NCBI GenBank assembly: GCA_039806955.1
Contig: JBDHQI010000019.1
Coordinates: forward strand, 3,707-67,706
Length of the DNA: 64,000 bases
Reading direction: 5' to 3'
Source of the DNA: Verrucomicrobiota bacterium
Lineage (GTDB): Bacteria; Verrucomicrobiota; Verrucomicrobiia; Limisphaerales; JADLHS01
Under the pieces are notes generated by a model. The model had not been told where the DNA came from and searched no databases. It was given only the letters and a program-made list of their open reading frames with translations. Shown here in pieces: positions 50,626-58,973 of the stretch. The position numbers and the translations under genes are program-made. Every line of letters begins with the position of its first letter. The first letter of the stretch is position 1.

Positions 50626-51621
50626 ATGACTCGTCCACCCCGGCTCACTTCACCCTGGCTGCTGCCCGCGCTCCTGTTGCCGCTGATCCTCCTGTCGCTG
50701 CTGCTCGGGCGCTATCCGCACCCGCCGGGGATGTCGGTGCGCCTGCTTTGGGAGGATGAACTGGCCCGGGAACTGGTGTGGAGTCTGCGCCTGCCGCGCG
50801 TCTGTGCCGCCGTGCTGCTGGGCATGGCCTTGGGCGCGGGTGGCGCGGTGCTGCAGATGCTCTTTCGCAATCCGCTGGTTGAACCGGGTTTTCTGGGCGT
50901 ATCCCAGGGCGCGGCCTTTGGGGCGGCGCTGGCCATTCTCTTCTTCAAAGGCGCGATCATTTTGTTGCCCTTGAGCGCCGGGTTGTTTGCGTTGGGCGGG
51001 TTGGCCTTATCCTACACGCTCGCGCGACATCTCAAATTCGGCGGTTGGATCATGCGACTGGTTCTCGCGGGCATCGTGGTTTCCGCGCTCTTTTCGTCCG
51101 GTCTGGGCTTGCTCAAAAGCATGGCCGATCCGCAGCGCGAATTGCCGGAGCTGACCTTCTGGCTGCTCGGCGGCCTGTGGGGTGTTTCGTGGGACGATGT
51201 GCAACGCATGGTGGCCATTGTCGTTCCCGCCTTGATCGTCATCAGTTTGATGCGCTGGCGCATTTCGATACTCGCGTTGGAGGAAGCCACGGCGTTTTCG
51301 CTGGGCGTAGCCGCGGGGCGGGAGCGCGCCCTGTTGGTGGTGGCGGCAGTAGCCGCCACAGCCGCGGTCGTTTCGGTGGCCGGCATGGTGGGATGGATTG
51401 GATTGCTCGTGCCGCACATTGCCCGGCGTCTGTTGAGAGCAGATTCCCGCTCGTCGCTGCCGGGTGCGATGTGGTTGGGGGGCATCTTTGCCTTGGGCTG
51501 TGATGATGTCGCCCGCACCTTGACTCCCGGAGAAATCCCGCTCGGCATCCTCACCTCGTTGATCGGGGCGGTTGGATTTGCCGTGATTCTGATGCGCGGA
51601 AAAGGGTCAGCCCGCGAATGA
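50626..51621 (+). CDS. FecCD/BtuC family ABC permease
   Basis: RLPR, LFRNPLVEP..LGVSQGA, GWIGLLVPHIAR, EIPLG. Confidence 0.93.
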   Translation: MTRPPRLTSPWLLPALLLPLILLSLLLGRYPHPPGMSVRLLWEDELARELVWSLRLPRVCAAVLLGMALGAGGAVLQMLFRNPLVEPGFLGVSQGAAFGAALAILFFKGAIILLPLSAGLFALGGLALSYTLARHLKFGGWIMRLVLAGIVVSALFSSGLGLLKSMADPQRELPELTFWLLGGLWGVSWDDVQRMVAIVVPALIVISLMRWRISILALEEATAFSLGVAAGRERALLVVAAVAATAAVVSVAGMVGWIGLLVPHIARRLLRADSRSSLPGAMWLGGIFALGCDDVARTLTPGEIPLGILTSLIGAVGFAVILMRGKGSARE

Positions 51622-52394
51622 CAGCCACCCCGTCCATTCTGCGTCTGGAGCGTGTTGTCTTCGGTTACACGGAGGACGAAACCGTGTTGCGCGGCATTTC
51701 GTTGTCCATCCCCACGGGCGCGCTGACGGCGATTCTCGGCCCGAATGGTGGCGGTAAAACCACATTGCTGCACCTGCTGCTCGGCTGGTTGCGGCCGCGC
51801 ACCGGCACGTTGCAACTCCAGGACCGCCCGCTCGACGCTTTCAGCCATCGAGAACGCAGTCGTCTCATCGGGTTGGTCCCGCAGAGCGAACACATTCCAT
51901 TTGAGTTCACCTTGCTGGACTATGTCCTGCTCGGGCGCGCGCCCCATCTCGGTCCGTTGGAAATGCCGGGAGCTTCGGATCTGGCGGCGGCGCGGCAGGC
52001 CATCCAGCGCGTCGGGTTGAATGAATTGATCTCGCGTCCGCTGACGCACATGAGCGGCGGCGAACGCCAACTGGCGACGATCGCCCGCGCGTTGGCGCAA
52101 CAACCTGCCGTGCTCCTGCTGGACGAACCCACCTCGCATCTCGACCTCGCCAATCGCCGCCGCGTGCGCAACGTGTTGCGTCAACTCGTCAGCGATGGCA
52201 TCACCGTGATCTGCACCACGCATGATCCGGCATTGGCGGCGGGAATGGCCGATGCCATCGTCTTGATGCGCGCCGGCGAGGTGGTCGCCGCCGGCCCGAC
52301 TGAAACCACCTTGACCTCGGAAAAACTCAGCGCGACTTATGGCCTGCCGGTTGCCGCCCGCCGCGTTGACAACGAATGGCTGATCACTTCATGA
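51618..52394 (+). CDS. ABC transporter ATPase (FecE/BtuD-like)
   Basis: GPNGGGKT, MSGGE, LLLDEPTSHLD. Confidence 0.94.
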   Translation: MTATPSILRLERVVFGYTEDETVLRGISLSIPTGALTAILGPNGGGKTTLLHLLLGWLRPRTGTLQLQDRPLDAFSHRERSRLIGLVPQSEHIPFEFTLLDYVLLGRAPHLGPLEMPGASDLAAARQAIQRVGLNELISRPLTHMSGGERQLATIARALAQQPAVLLLDEPTSHLDLANRRRVRNVLRQLVSDGITVICTTHDPALAAGMADAIVLMRAGEVVAAGPTETTLTSEKLSATYGLPVAARRVDNEWLITS

Positions 52395-53305
52395 ACTGCA
52401 ACTCTACCACTGACTGGCTCGCCCATTGGGAGTCCCTGGTCCGACAAAGGGACGCCGGCGAGCACATCACCGCGCTCGTTGCCGACACTGACGACGAGTG
52501 GCGAACCCGCGCCGCAGACTATGCCCGGCACGCCCCACTCCGAAACGAAGGTCGCCGGGTGGCCCAAGCGGTTCTGGCTTCGGCCTGTCAGGTGGTGGCC
52601 CACGCGACCGTGCTCGATATTGGAGCGGGAACGGGAATCTGGAGCGTGCCACTGGCCAATTGGGCCGCACGGGTCACGGCCTTGGAACCCTCCCCGGCCA
52701 TGCGCGCGCAATTGGAAAAAGCGGTGGCGGCGGCCGGCGTTGGCGACCGCGTAACGATTGACCCGCGGGCCTGGCCCGGCATTGAAATTCCGAAGCACGA
52801 CGTGGCACTATGCGCCCACGTACTCTACGGAATCGCCGACTTTCGCGGCTGGATTGAGGCCATGACTGCAAGCGCCCGCGAGCTGTGCGTGTTGTTGCTT
52901 CGTGCGCCCGCCGCCGATGATTTCCTGAACGAGGCGCGACGCCTGATTGAGAAAACCCAAGCGGCCAGGCCGGACGCCTTTCTGGCTGCGAACGCGCTGT
53001 GGCAAATGGACCTTCGTCCGCACATCCTGATGGAATCCATCGCCGCGCCTTACTCGGGAACCTACCCTGACCCGGCGGCGGCCCTGGTTGGCCTGAAGCA
53101 AATCCTTCATTTGCAAGCCGAGTCGCGTTATGACCAATGCTTGACGGAACTGCTGGAGCGGCGGCTGGATCGAACTCCTGAAGGCTTGCGACTACCGCCC
53201 CGACCACCCACCGCCATTCTGATGTGGCAACCGCCGGGCCACACTCGCACGCTGCTTGAACTACTGGCAGCGCTCACAACGAAATTCTCAACGGAACGCC
53301 CGTGA
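52391..53305 (+). CDS. Class I SAM-dependent methyltransferase
   Basis: VLDIGAGTG, VTALEPSPAM; ATGA overlap with the ATPase. Confidence 0.85.
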   Translation: MNCNSTTDWLAHWESLVRQRDAGEHITALVADTDDEWRTRAADYARHAPLRNEGRRVAQAVLASACQVVAHATVLDIGAGTGIWSVPLANWAARVTALEPSPAMRAQLEKAVAAAGVGDRVTIDPRAWPGIEIPKHDVALCAHVLYGIADFRGWIEAMTASARELCVLLLRAPAADDFLNEARRLIEKTQAARPDAFLAANALWQMDLRPHILMESIAAPYSGTYPDPAAALVGLKQILHLQAESRYDQCLTELLERRLDRTPEGLRLPPRPPTAILMWQPPGHTRTLLELLAALTTKFSTERP

Positions 53306-53422
53306 GATTGCGGAGGTGATTCAGTGGGGGAAAGCTTTGATTGAAGTCAGGAGGAGGAATTGACTAGACTGCGGCTGCTTACCAGCTTCACTGGTATCGG
53401 TTAAATTTACATGGAGCATTCA

Positions 53423-54178
53423 ATGGACAAACATGAATTGAAAAACAAAGTGGCATTGATTGGTGGCGGCGCCAAAAACCTGGGTGGGCTGATCAGTCGC
53501 ACTTTTGCGCAGGAAGGCGCCCGGATTTGTGTGCATTACCACGGTGAGGCGACCAAAGCCGAGGCCGACAAAGTGGTGGCGGAGATCAAGACAGGAGGCG
53601 GCGAAGCTTTTGCGGTAGCCGCGGATTTCACCAAGCCGACCGAAGTGGCGGGAATTTTCACTGCCGTCAAACAAAAATTCGGCGGAATTGATATCGCCGT
53701 GAACACGGTGGGCAAGGTGCTGCGCAAGCCGATCATCGAAACCACCGAAGCGGAATACGACAGCATGATGGCCATTAACGCCAAGGCCGCTTATTTCTTC
53801 ATCAAGGAAGCCGGACTGCATTTGAACGAGGGCGGCAAAATCATCACCATCGTCACCTCGCTGCTGGCCGCTTTCACTGATGGTTATTCGACCTATGCGG
53901 GCGGCAAGGCGCCGGTGGAACACTTCACCCGCGCGGCGGCCAAAGAATTCGCCAAACGCGGCATTTCCGTCACGGCGGTTGGTCCCGGCCCAATGGATAC
54001 TCCTTTCTTTTACGGTCAGGAAACGCCTGAACGCGTGGCGTACCACAAATCACAATCGCTCAATGGCGATTTGACCAAGATCGAAGACATCGCCCCCATC
54101 GTGAAATTTTTAGCGACGGAAGGCTGGTGGATTACCGGTCAAACCATCTTCGCCAACGGCGGCTACACCACGCGTTGA
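53423..54178 (+). CDS. SDR family oxidoreductase
   Basis: GGAKNLG, YAGGK, GPGPMDT, ITGQTIFANGG; ATG 53411 alternative. Confidence 0.92.
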   Translation: MDKHELKNKVALIGGGAKNLGGLISRTFAQEGARICVHYHGEATKAEADKVVAEIKTGGGEAFAVAADFTKPTEVAGIFTAVKQKFGGIDIAVNTVGKVLRKPIIETTEAEYDSMMAINAKAAYFFIKEAGLHLNEGGKIITIVTSLLAAFTDGYSTYAGGKAPVEHFTRAAAKEFAKRGISVTAVGPGPMDTPFFYGQETPERVAYHKSQSLNGDLTKIEDIAPIVKFLATEGWWITGQTIFANGGYTTR

Positions 54179-54327
54179 TCCCTTGGAGTTTCGGGTTGAG
54201 AAACACCAAACCAGAACGGTGATTTCTCGTTGCTGGCATTTGGGGGGATTGCCGCAACCCCAAGGCAACGAACTTCAAACCGCCTGGCCACAACGCGCGC
54301 GCAACCCAACGGCGTGCGCGCTTTCGT

Positions 54328-55641
54328 TCAGATGAACTCGTTGATCAAGTTTTCCAGATACTCCTGGCGGCCGCTGGCATTGGCTGTGATCTCGCCTTTT
54401 TCGAGCATGTACGCCTCCAGCTCCTTGAATCCGACTTTGCCCTTTTCGATCTTGGCGCCGATGCCCGAGTCCCATGAGGCGTAACGCTGCCGCACAAATT
54501 TGTCCAAGCGTCCATCCTGACGAATCGCCACGGCGATTTTGAGACCGCGCGCAAAAGCGTCCATGCCGCCGATATGCGCGTGAAACAAATCCACCGGCTC
54601 AAAACTCTCGCGCCGCACTTTCGCATCAAAGTTGACCCCGCCGGTTTTAAAGCCGCCATACTTCAGCACGCTCAACATTGTGTACGTGGTGAGGTAAATG
54701 CTGGTCGGGAACTGATCGGTGTCCCAGCCGAGCAATTCATCGCCCGTATTTGCGTCAATGGACCCCAGCGCGCCCGCCGCGCCAGCGACTTCCAATTCGT
54801 GCTGCATGGTGTGCCCGGCCAGCGTGGCGTGATTGGTTTCCACGTTCAGTTTGAAATACGGCAACAATCCGTAGGCGCGCAGAAAATTCAAACACGCCGC
54901 CGCATCTGAATCGTATTGATGCTTGGTCGGCTCTTTCGGTTTGGGTTCGATGTAAAATTGCCCCTTGAAGCCGATCTGCTTTTTATAGTCCACCGCGAGG
55001 TGCAGCAATCTAGCCATGTGATCCTGCTCGCGTTTGAGGTCCGTGTTGAGCAACGTCATGTAGCCTTCGCGCCCACCCCAAAAAGTGTAACCGCCGCCCT
55101 TCAGTTCATGTGTGATCTCCAGCGCCTTCTTGATCTGTGCTGCCGCGAACGCAAAAGCGTCTGCGTTACAACTCGTGCCGGCTCCGTGCATGAAGCGTGG
55201 ATTGGAAAATAGATTAGCCGTTCCCCACAGTAACTTGATCCCGGTCCGCTTCTGTTCGGCCTTCAGCACCCGGACCACGGCATCCAGATTTTTGTTGCTC
55301 GCGCGCAAACTGTCGCCTTCCGGCGCCAGATCGCGGTCGTGAAAGCAATAAAACGGCGCGCCGAGTTTTTCCAAAAATTCAAACGCCACGCGCGCGCGAT
55401 TTTCGGCATTGGCGACTGAATTGGAGCCGTCATCCCAGGGGCGCTGCATGGTGCCGACCCCGAAGGGATCGCTGCCCGTGCCCCGGAACGTGTGCCAATA
55501 CGCCACGGCAAAGCGCAAGTGCTCGCGCATCGTTTTGCCGCCCACCACCGCATCGGCATTGTAGTGCTTGAACGCGAGCGGATTCTTGGACTTCGGACCT
55601 TCGTATTTGATCTTTGGAATTTTCGGAAATGCTGCGGGCAT
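54328..55641 (-). CDS. xylA: Xylose isomerase (class II)
   Basis: [33 protein letters not shown]. Confidence 0.97.
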   Translation of the reverse strand: MPAAFPKIPKIKYEGPKSKNPLAFKHYNADAVVGGKTMREHLRFAVAYWHTFRGTGSDPFGVGTMQRPWDDGSNSVANAENRARVAFEFLEKLGAPFYCFHDRDLAPEGDSLRASNKNLDAVVRVLKAEQKRTGIKLLWGTANLFSNPRFMHGAGTSCNADAFAFAAAQIKKALEITHELKGGGYTFWGGREGYMTLLNTDLKREQDHMARLLHLAVDYKKQIGFKGQFYIEPKPKEPTKHQYDSDAAACLNFLRAYGLLPYFKLNVETNHATLAGHTMQHELEVAGAAGALGSIDANTGDELLGWDTDQFPTSIYLTTYTMLSVLKYGGFKTGGVNFDAKVRRESFEPVDLFHAHIGGMDAFARGLKIAVAIRQDGRLDKFVRQRYASWDSGIGAKIEKGKVGFKELEAYMLEKGEITANASGRQEYLENLINEFI

Positions 55642-55847
55642 GATGTTGTTATTCGTTATCACCAACCTCCTGAAGCGGCCCACGCAAACCAGGGCGCGGC
55701 AGCCCGGCTTCAGGTCAATCTGGTGACAAGGATGCCGGGCCGGATTCGCTTTGGCAATCTTTCCGTGCAACGGGACGGCGCGCAATGGAGTCTGGAGTTG
55801 CGCTGGGCTGGTAATTCTGCCAACACTATGTCGTCGGAAGCGTGGCC

Positions 55848-55923
55848 GGGGTCTTAGCTCAGTTGGTAGAGCGTCTCGTTCGCAATGAGAAGGTCAGGGG
55901 TTCGAACCCCCTAGACTCCACCA
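55848..55923 (+). tRNA. tRNA-Ala(CGC)
   Basis: GGGGTCT/AGACTCC acceptor with G3-U70, anticodon arm tctcg-ttCGCaa-tgaga, GTTCGAA T-loop, encoded CCA. Confidence 0.97.
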
Positions 55924-55969
55924 GCCCCTCCCCGAGGACCTGCCCAGTTACACAAAACGTATCAACCTT

Positions 55970-56434
55970 ATGCCCCGCCCGACCTCGCTGGTAAAAATAA
56001 TGATCGGGGTGGGTCTCGCCAGCGTGCTGCTCTACTTTGTCGGCTTTTCCTGGATTGAACATAATCGCTATAAAAAGGGACCTTGGGAATTTACCTTTCT
56101 CGAAACCAACCAGACCCCGGCGCTGCAAATCACTCAACCTGCCCTGGGACTGAGCAACGTAACCCTTGTCTTTTTCGACGCACCTGCGCCCGCCAACCTG
56201 CCGCAAACGGTTCGCTTCCAGTTGGGAGAAAAGCCGCCTTTCGAGCTTCCATTTGGGCGTTGCGTATTCCTTGATACCTTGTTCCTGCCGGGCACCGTCG
56301 TGGTGAACGTGTTTGGGCACGAAATTCAGGCGTTGCCGCGCACGCTGACCATTGACCGCATTGAGCGGCCCTGGAAATCCGGGGAGAAAATTCTTTTGAC
56401 CAACGGCGCCTCCGCTACATTGTCCCCTGAGTGA
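55970..56434 (+). CDS. Hypothetical membrane-anchored protein
   Basis: N-terminal TM helix; 3 bp from the next gene. Confidence 0.7.
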   Translation: MPRPTSLVKIMIGVGLASVLLYFVGFSWIEHNRYKKGPWEFTFLETNQTPALQITQPALGLSNVTLVFFDAPAPANLPQTVRFQLGEKPPFELPFGRCVFLDTLFLPGTVVVNVFGHEIQALPRTLTIDRIERPWKSGEKILLTNGASATLSPE

Positions 56435-56437
56435 GAT

Positions 56438-57004
56438 ATGTTGCTGGTCATTGATAACTACGACTCGTTCACCTACAACATCGTGCAATACCTCGGCACG
56501 ATGGCGGTGGACTTGCAAATCGTCCGCAACGACCAGATCACCGTGACACAAGCGCGGAAACTGCAGCCGGAGCGCCTGCTCATTTCCCCCGGCCCCTGTA
56601 CGCCACAGGAAGCGGGCGTTTCCAATGAAATTCTGCGCGCCTTGGGGCCAACCATTCCCACGCTCGGAGTCTGTCTTGGACATCAATGTATCGGCCATGT
56701 CTTTGGGGCCAACGTCGTGGTCAACCATCAGATGATGCACGGCAAAACTTCGCTCATTCAACACAACGGAAAGGAATTGTTCGCCGGAATGCCCAATCCC
56801 TTCCCGGCCACACGATATCACTCTCTGATCATCGAGCGCGCTTCCCTGCCCGCTTGTCTGGAAGTCACGGCGGAAACCGACGCCGGTGAAATCATGGGGG
56901 TACGCCACAAGGAATTTCCCATCTGGGGCGTGCAGTTTCATCCCGAAAGCATCCTCACCGAAAACGGTGCCGATATTTTTCGTAATTTCCTGAAACTGAA
57001 ATAA
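56438..57004 (+). CDS. Anthranilate/aminodeoxychorismate synthase glutamine amidotransferase subunit (TrpG/PabA)
   Basis: [32 protein letters not shown]. Confidence 0.95.
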   Translation: MLLVIDNYDSFTYNIVQYLGTMAVDLQIVRNDQITVTQARKLQPERLLISPGPCTPQEAGVSNEILRALGPTIPTLGVCLGHQCIGHVFGANVVVNHQMMHGKTSLIQHNGKELFAGMPNPFPATRYHSLIIERASLPACLEVTAETDAGEIMGVRHKEFPIWGVQFHPESILTENGADIFRNFLKLK

Positions 57005-57113
57005 GCGATCCGGCGTGGATGGCTTCCACCTCCGTTCGGAGGGAAATAAACCGATCCGCCATAGCAACCGGGGCGCTTGACCGGATGCTTCGCTCTACCC
57101 TACGTTCGTGGTC

Positions 57114-58733
57114 ATGTCGCCGCGCAAAATTGGATTGGCCATTTTCGGAATCGTCACACTAATCGGATTGAATTCCCCGGGCGCACCCCGGCCGAACATT
57201 CTGCTGATCCTGACGGATGACATGGGCTTTTCCGATCTCGGTTGTTATGGCAGCGAGATTGCCACGCCAAACCTGGATCGGCTGGCAGCCGAGGGACTGC
57301 GCTTCACTCAATTTTACAATACCGCTCGCTGCTGGTCGTCACGCGGTTGCCTGATGACCGGCTATTACGCGCAGGCCATTCGGCGGGACACACTGCCGGA
57401 CATTCCCAGCGGCGGCAACGGCAAACGCCCCCGTTGGGCGCCCTTGGTCAGCAAATTTCTGCAAGCCGCCGGGTATCGCTGTTATCATTCCGGCAAATGG
57501 CACATTGACGGAGACCCACGACAAAACGGTTTTCATCACAGCTACGAAGTGCGGAATGAGAATAACAACTTTCGGCCCGGCGCCGACAGGGCAGACGGTC
57601 GCCCGGTGCCGCCGCCGGAGAACTATTATTCCGCCACCGCGTTTGCGGATCACGCCATCAAATGCCTGAAAGAACACGCGGCCAATTACGCGAACCAACC
57701 TTTCTTTGCCTACCTGTGCTTCATCACGCCGCATTTTCCGTTGCAAGCGCCCGCCGCCGATATTGCGAAATATGCGCACACTTACGACGCCGGTTGGAAC
57801 GTGATGGCGCAACGGCGCTACGAGCGGATGACGACTCTGGGGCTGGTGCATCACGCCCTGCCGCCAATGCAGCGCGACGTCGGACCGCCGTATTATTTTC
57901 CCGAAGCGTTGCGGCAACTGGGCGACGGAGAAATCAATCGGCCGTTTCCGTGGAGTGAGCTGACGCCGGTTCAGCAAAAATTTCAGGCTGCCAAAATGTC
58001 GGTTCATGCCGCGATGGTGGATCGGATTGATCAGGAGATCGGACGGGTGCTGGAGCAACTTCAAGCCATGGGCGCTTACGAAAACACGTTGATTCTCTTC
58101 GCCTCCGACAACGGCGCGAGTGCGGAAATCATGGTGCGCGGCGACGGTCATGATCCCGCCGCGCCGCCGGGTTCAGCTCAATCCTTCCTTTGCCTGGGAC
58201 CGGGCTGGTCGAGCGCCTGCAACACGCCGTTTCGTCTGCACAAAACCTGGGTGCATGAAGGCGGGATCGCCGCCCCGTTGATTGCGCATTGGCCGGCAGG
58301 TTTCAACGCACGCGGCGAATTGCGCACTACTCCCGCCCACTTCATTGACGTGGTGCCGACCTTGCTGGAAGTCGCGCAAACCGAAAAACCAAAAATAATT
58401 CAAAACCTCCCGGTCCCGCCCGCTCCCGGAAAAAGTTTGGTCAGCGTGTTTGCCAAAGACGGCAGCGTCACGCATGACCAGCTTTGGTGGTTGCACGAGG
58501 ATAATCGCGCGATCCGCGTCGGCGATTGGAAACTCGTCTCCACCAAAGGCCCGTGGGAATTGTATGATCTCACCACGGATCGCGGTGAATCGCATAACCT
58601 GGCGGGGCGGCATCCCGAAAAAGTGAAGGAGTTGGCGACGCTTTGGCAGGCACAGACAGCGCAGATTCGGGAGCTGGCCCTGACCGATTTAGCACCGCCA
58701 GCAGAAAGCGTGACGCCCAAGAGTTCAAAGTAA
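57114..58733 (+). CDS. Arylsulfatase (S1 sulfatase), exported
   Basis: PNILLILTDDMG, RCWSSR, GKWH, SDNG, WELYDL. Confidence 0.92.
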   Translation: MSPRKIGLAIFGIVTLIGLNSPGAPRPNILLILTDDMGFSDLGCYGSEIATPNLDRLAAEGLRFTQFYNTARCWSSRGCLMTGYYAQAIRRDTLPDIPSGGNGKRPRWAPLVSKFLQAAGYRCYHSGKWHIDGDPRQNGFHHSYEVRNENNNFRPGADRADGRPVPPPENYYSATAFADHAIKCLKEHAANYANQPFFAYLCFITPHFPLQAPAADIAKYAHTYDAGWNVMAQRRYERMTTLGLVHHALPPMQRDVGPPYYFPEALRQLGDGEINRPFPWSELTPVQQKFQAAKMSVHAAMVDRIDQEIGRVLEQLQAMGAYENTLILFASDNGASAEIMVRGDGHDPAAPPGSAQSFLCLGPGWSSACNTPFRLHKTWVHEGGIAAPLIAHWPAGFNARGELRTTPAHFIDVVPTLLEVAQTEKPKIIQNLPVPPAPGKSLVSVFAKDGSVTHDQLWWLHEDNRAIRVGDWKLVSTKGPWELYDLTTDRGESHNLAGRHPEKVKELATLWQAQTAQIRELALTDLAPPAESVTPKSSK

Positions 58734-58802
58734 ATTAGTGTCTGGCCGGAAGCGCGTGTTTTTTGCGCTGCAATCAGGCGCGTTTCCGGCCAGGCACTAA
58801 TT
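58733..58802. repeat. 24-bp inverted repeat (MITE-like relic or bidirectional hairpin)
   Basis: aattagtgtctggccggaagcgcg ... cgcgtttccggccaggcactaatt; 22/24 match. Confidence 0.7.
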
Positions 58803-58973
58803 AGCGGCGGAATCGAACGAGAATCGTCATTTCAATTATCCCCACCGGTCCTGAGCAATTGCCATCAGAACGGCAAATGGATTGGTTTTCTACACCACGC
58901 ACACATCCTCAACTTTTTTGAGAAATCGGGACCGCCCCTCACGGCGCAGATTGGATGGGCGGAGTTCAGCGGT

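Noticed and set aside
52391-53305. Methyltransferase as the N-methyl-bacillithiol enzyme
   Set aside because: It lies 22 kb from bshA and is coupled to the ABC operon; no sequence evidence links it to bacillithiol
55848-55969. tRNA-Ala as an integration site
   Set aside because: No integrase, and I saw no duplicated tRNA 3' end in the window; flanking genes are ordinary
55859-57067. 402-aa minus-strand ORF
   Set aside because: Antisense to trpG/pabA, a hypothetical gene and the tRNA (its end is the tRNA read backwards)
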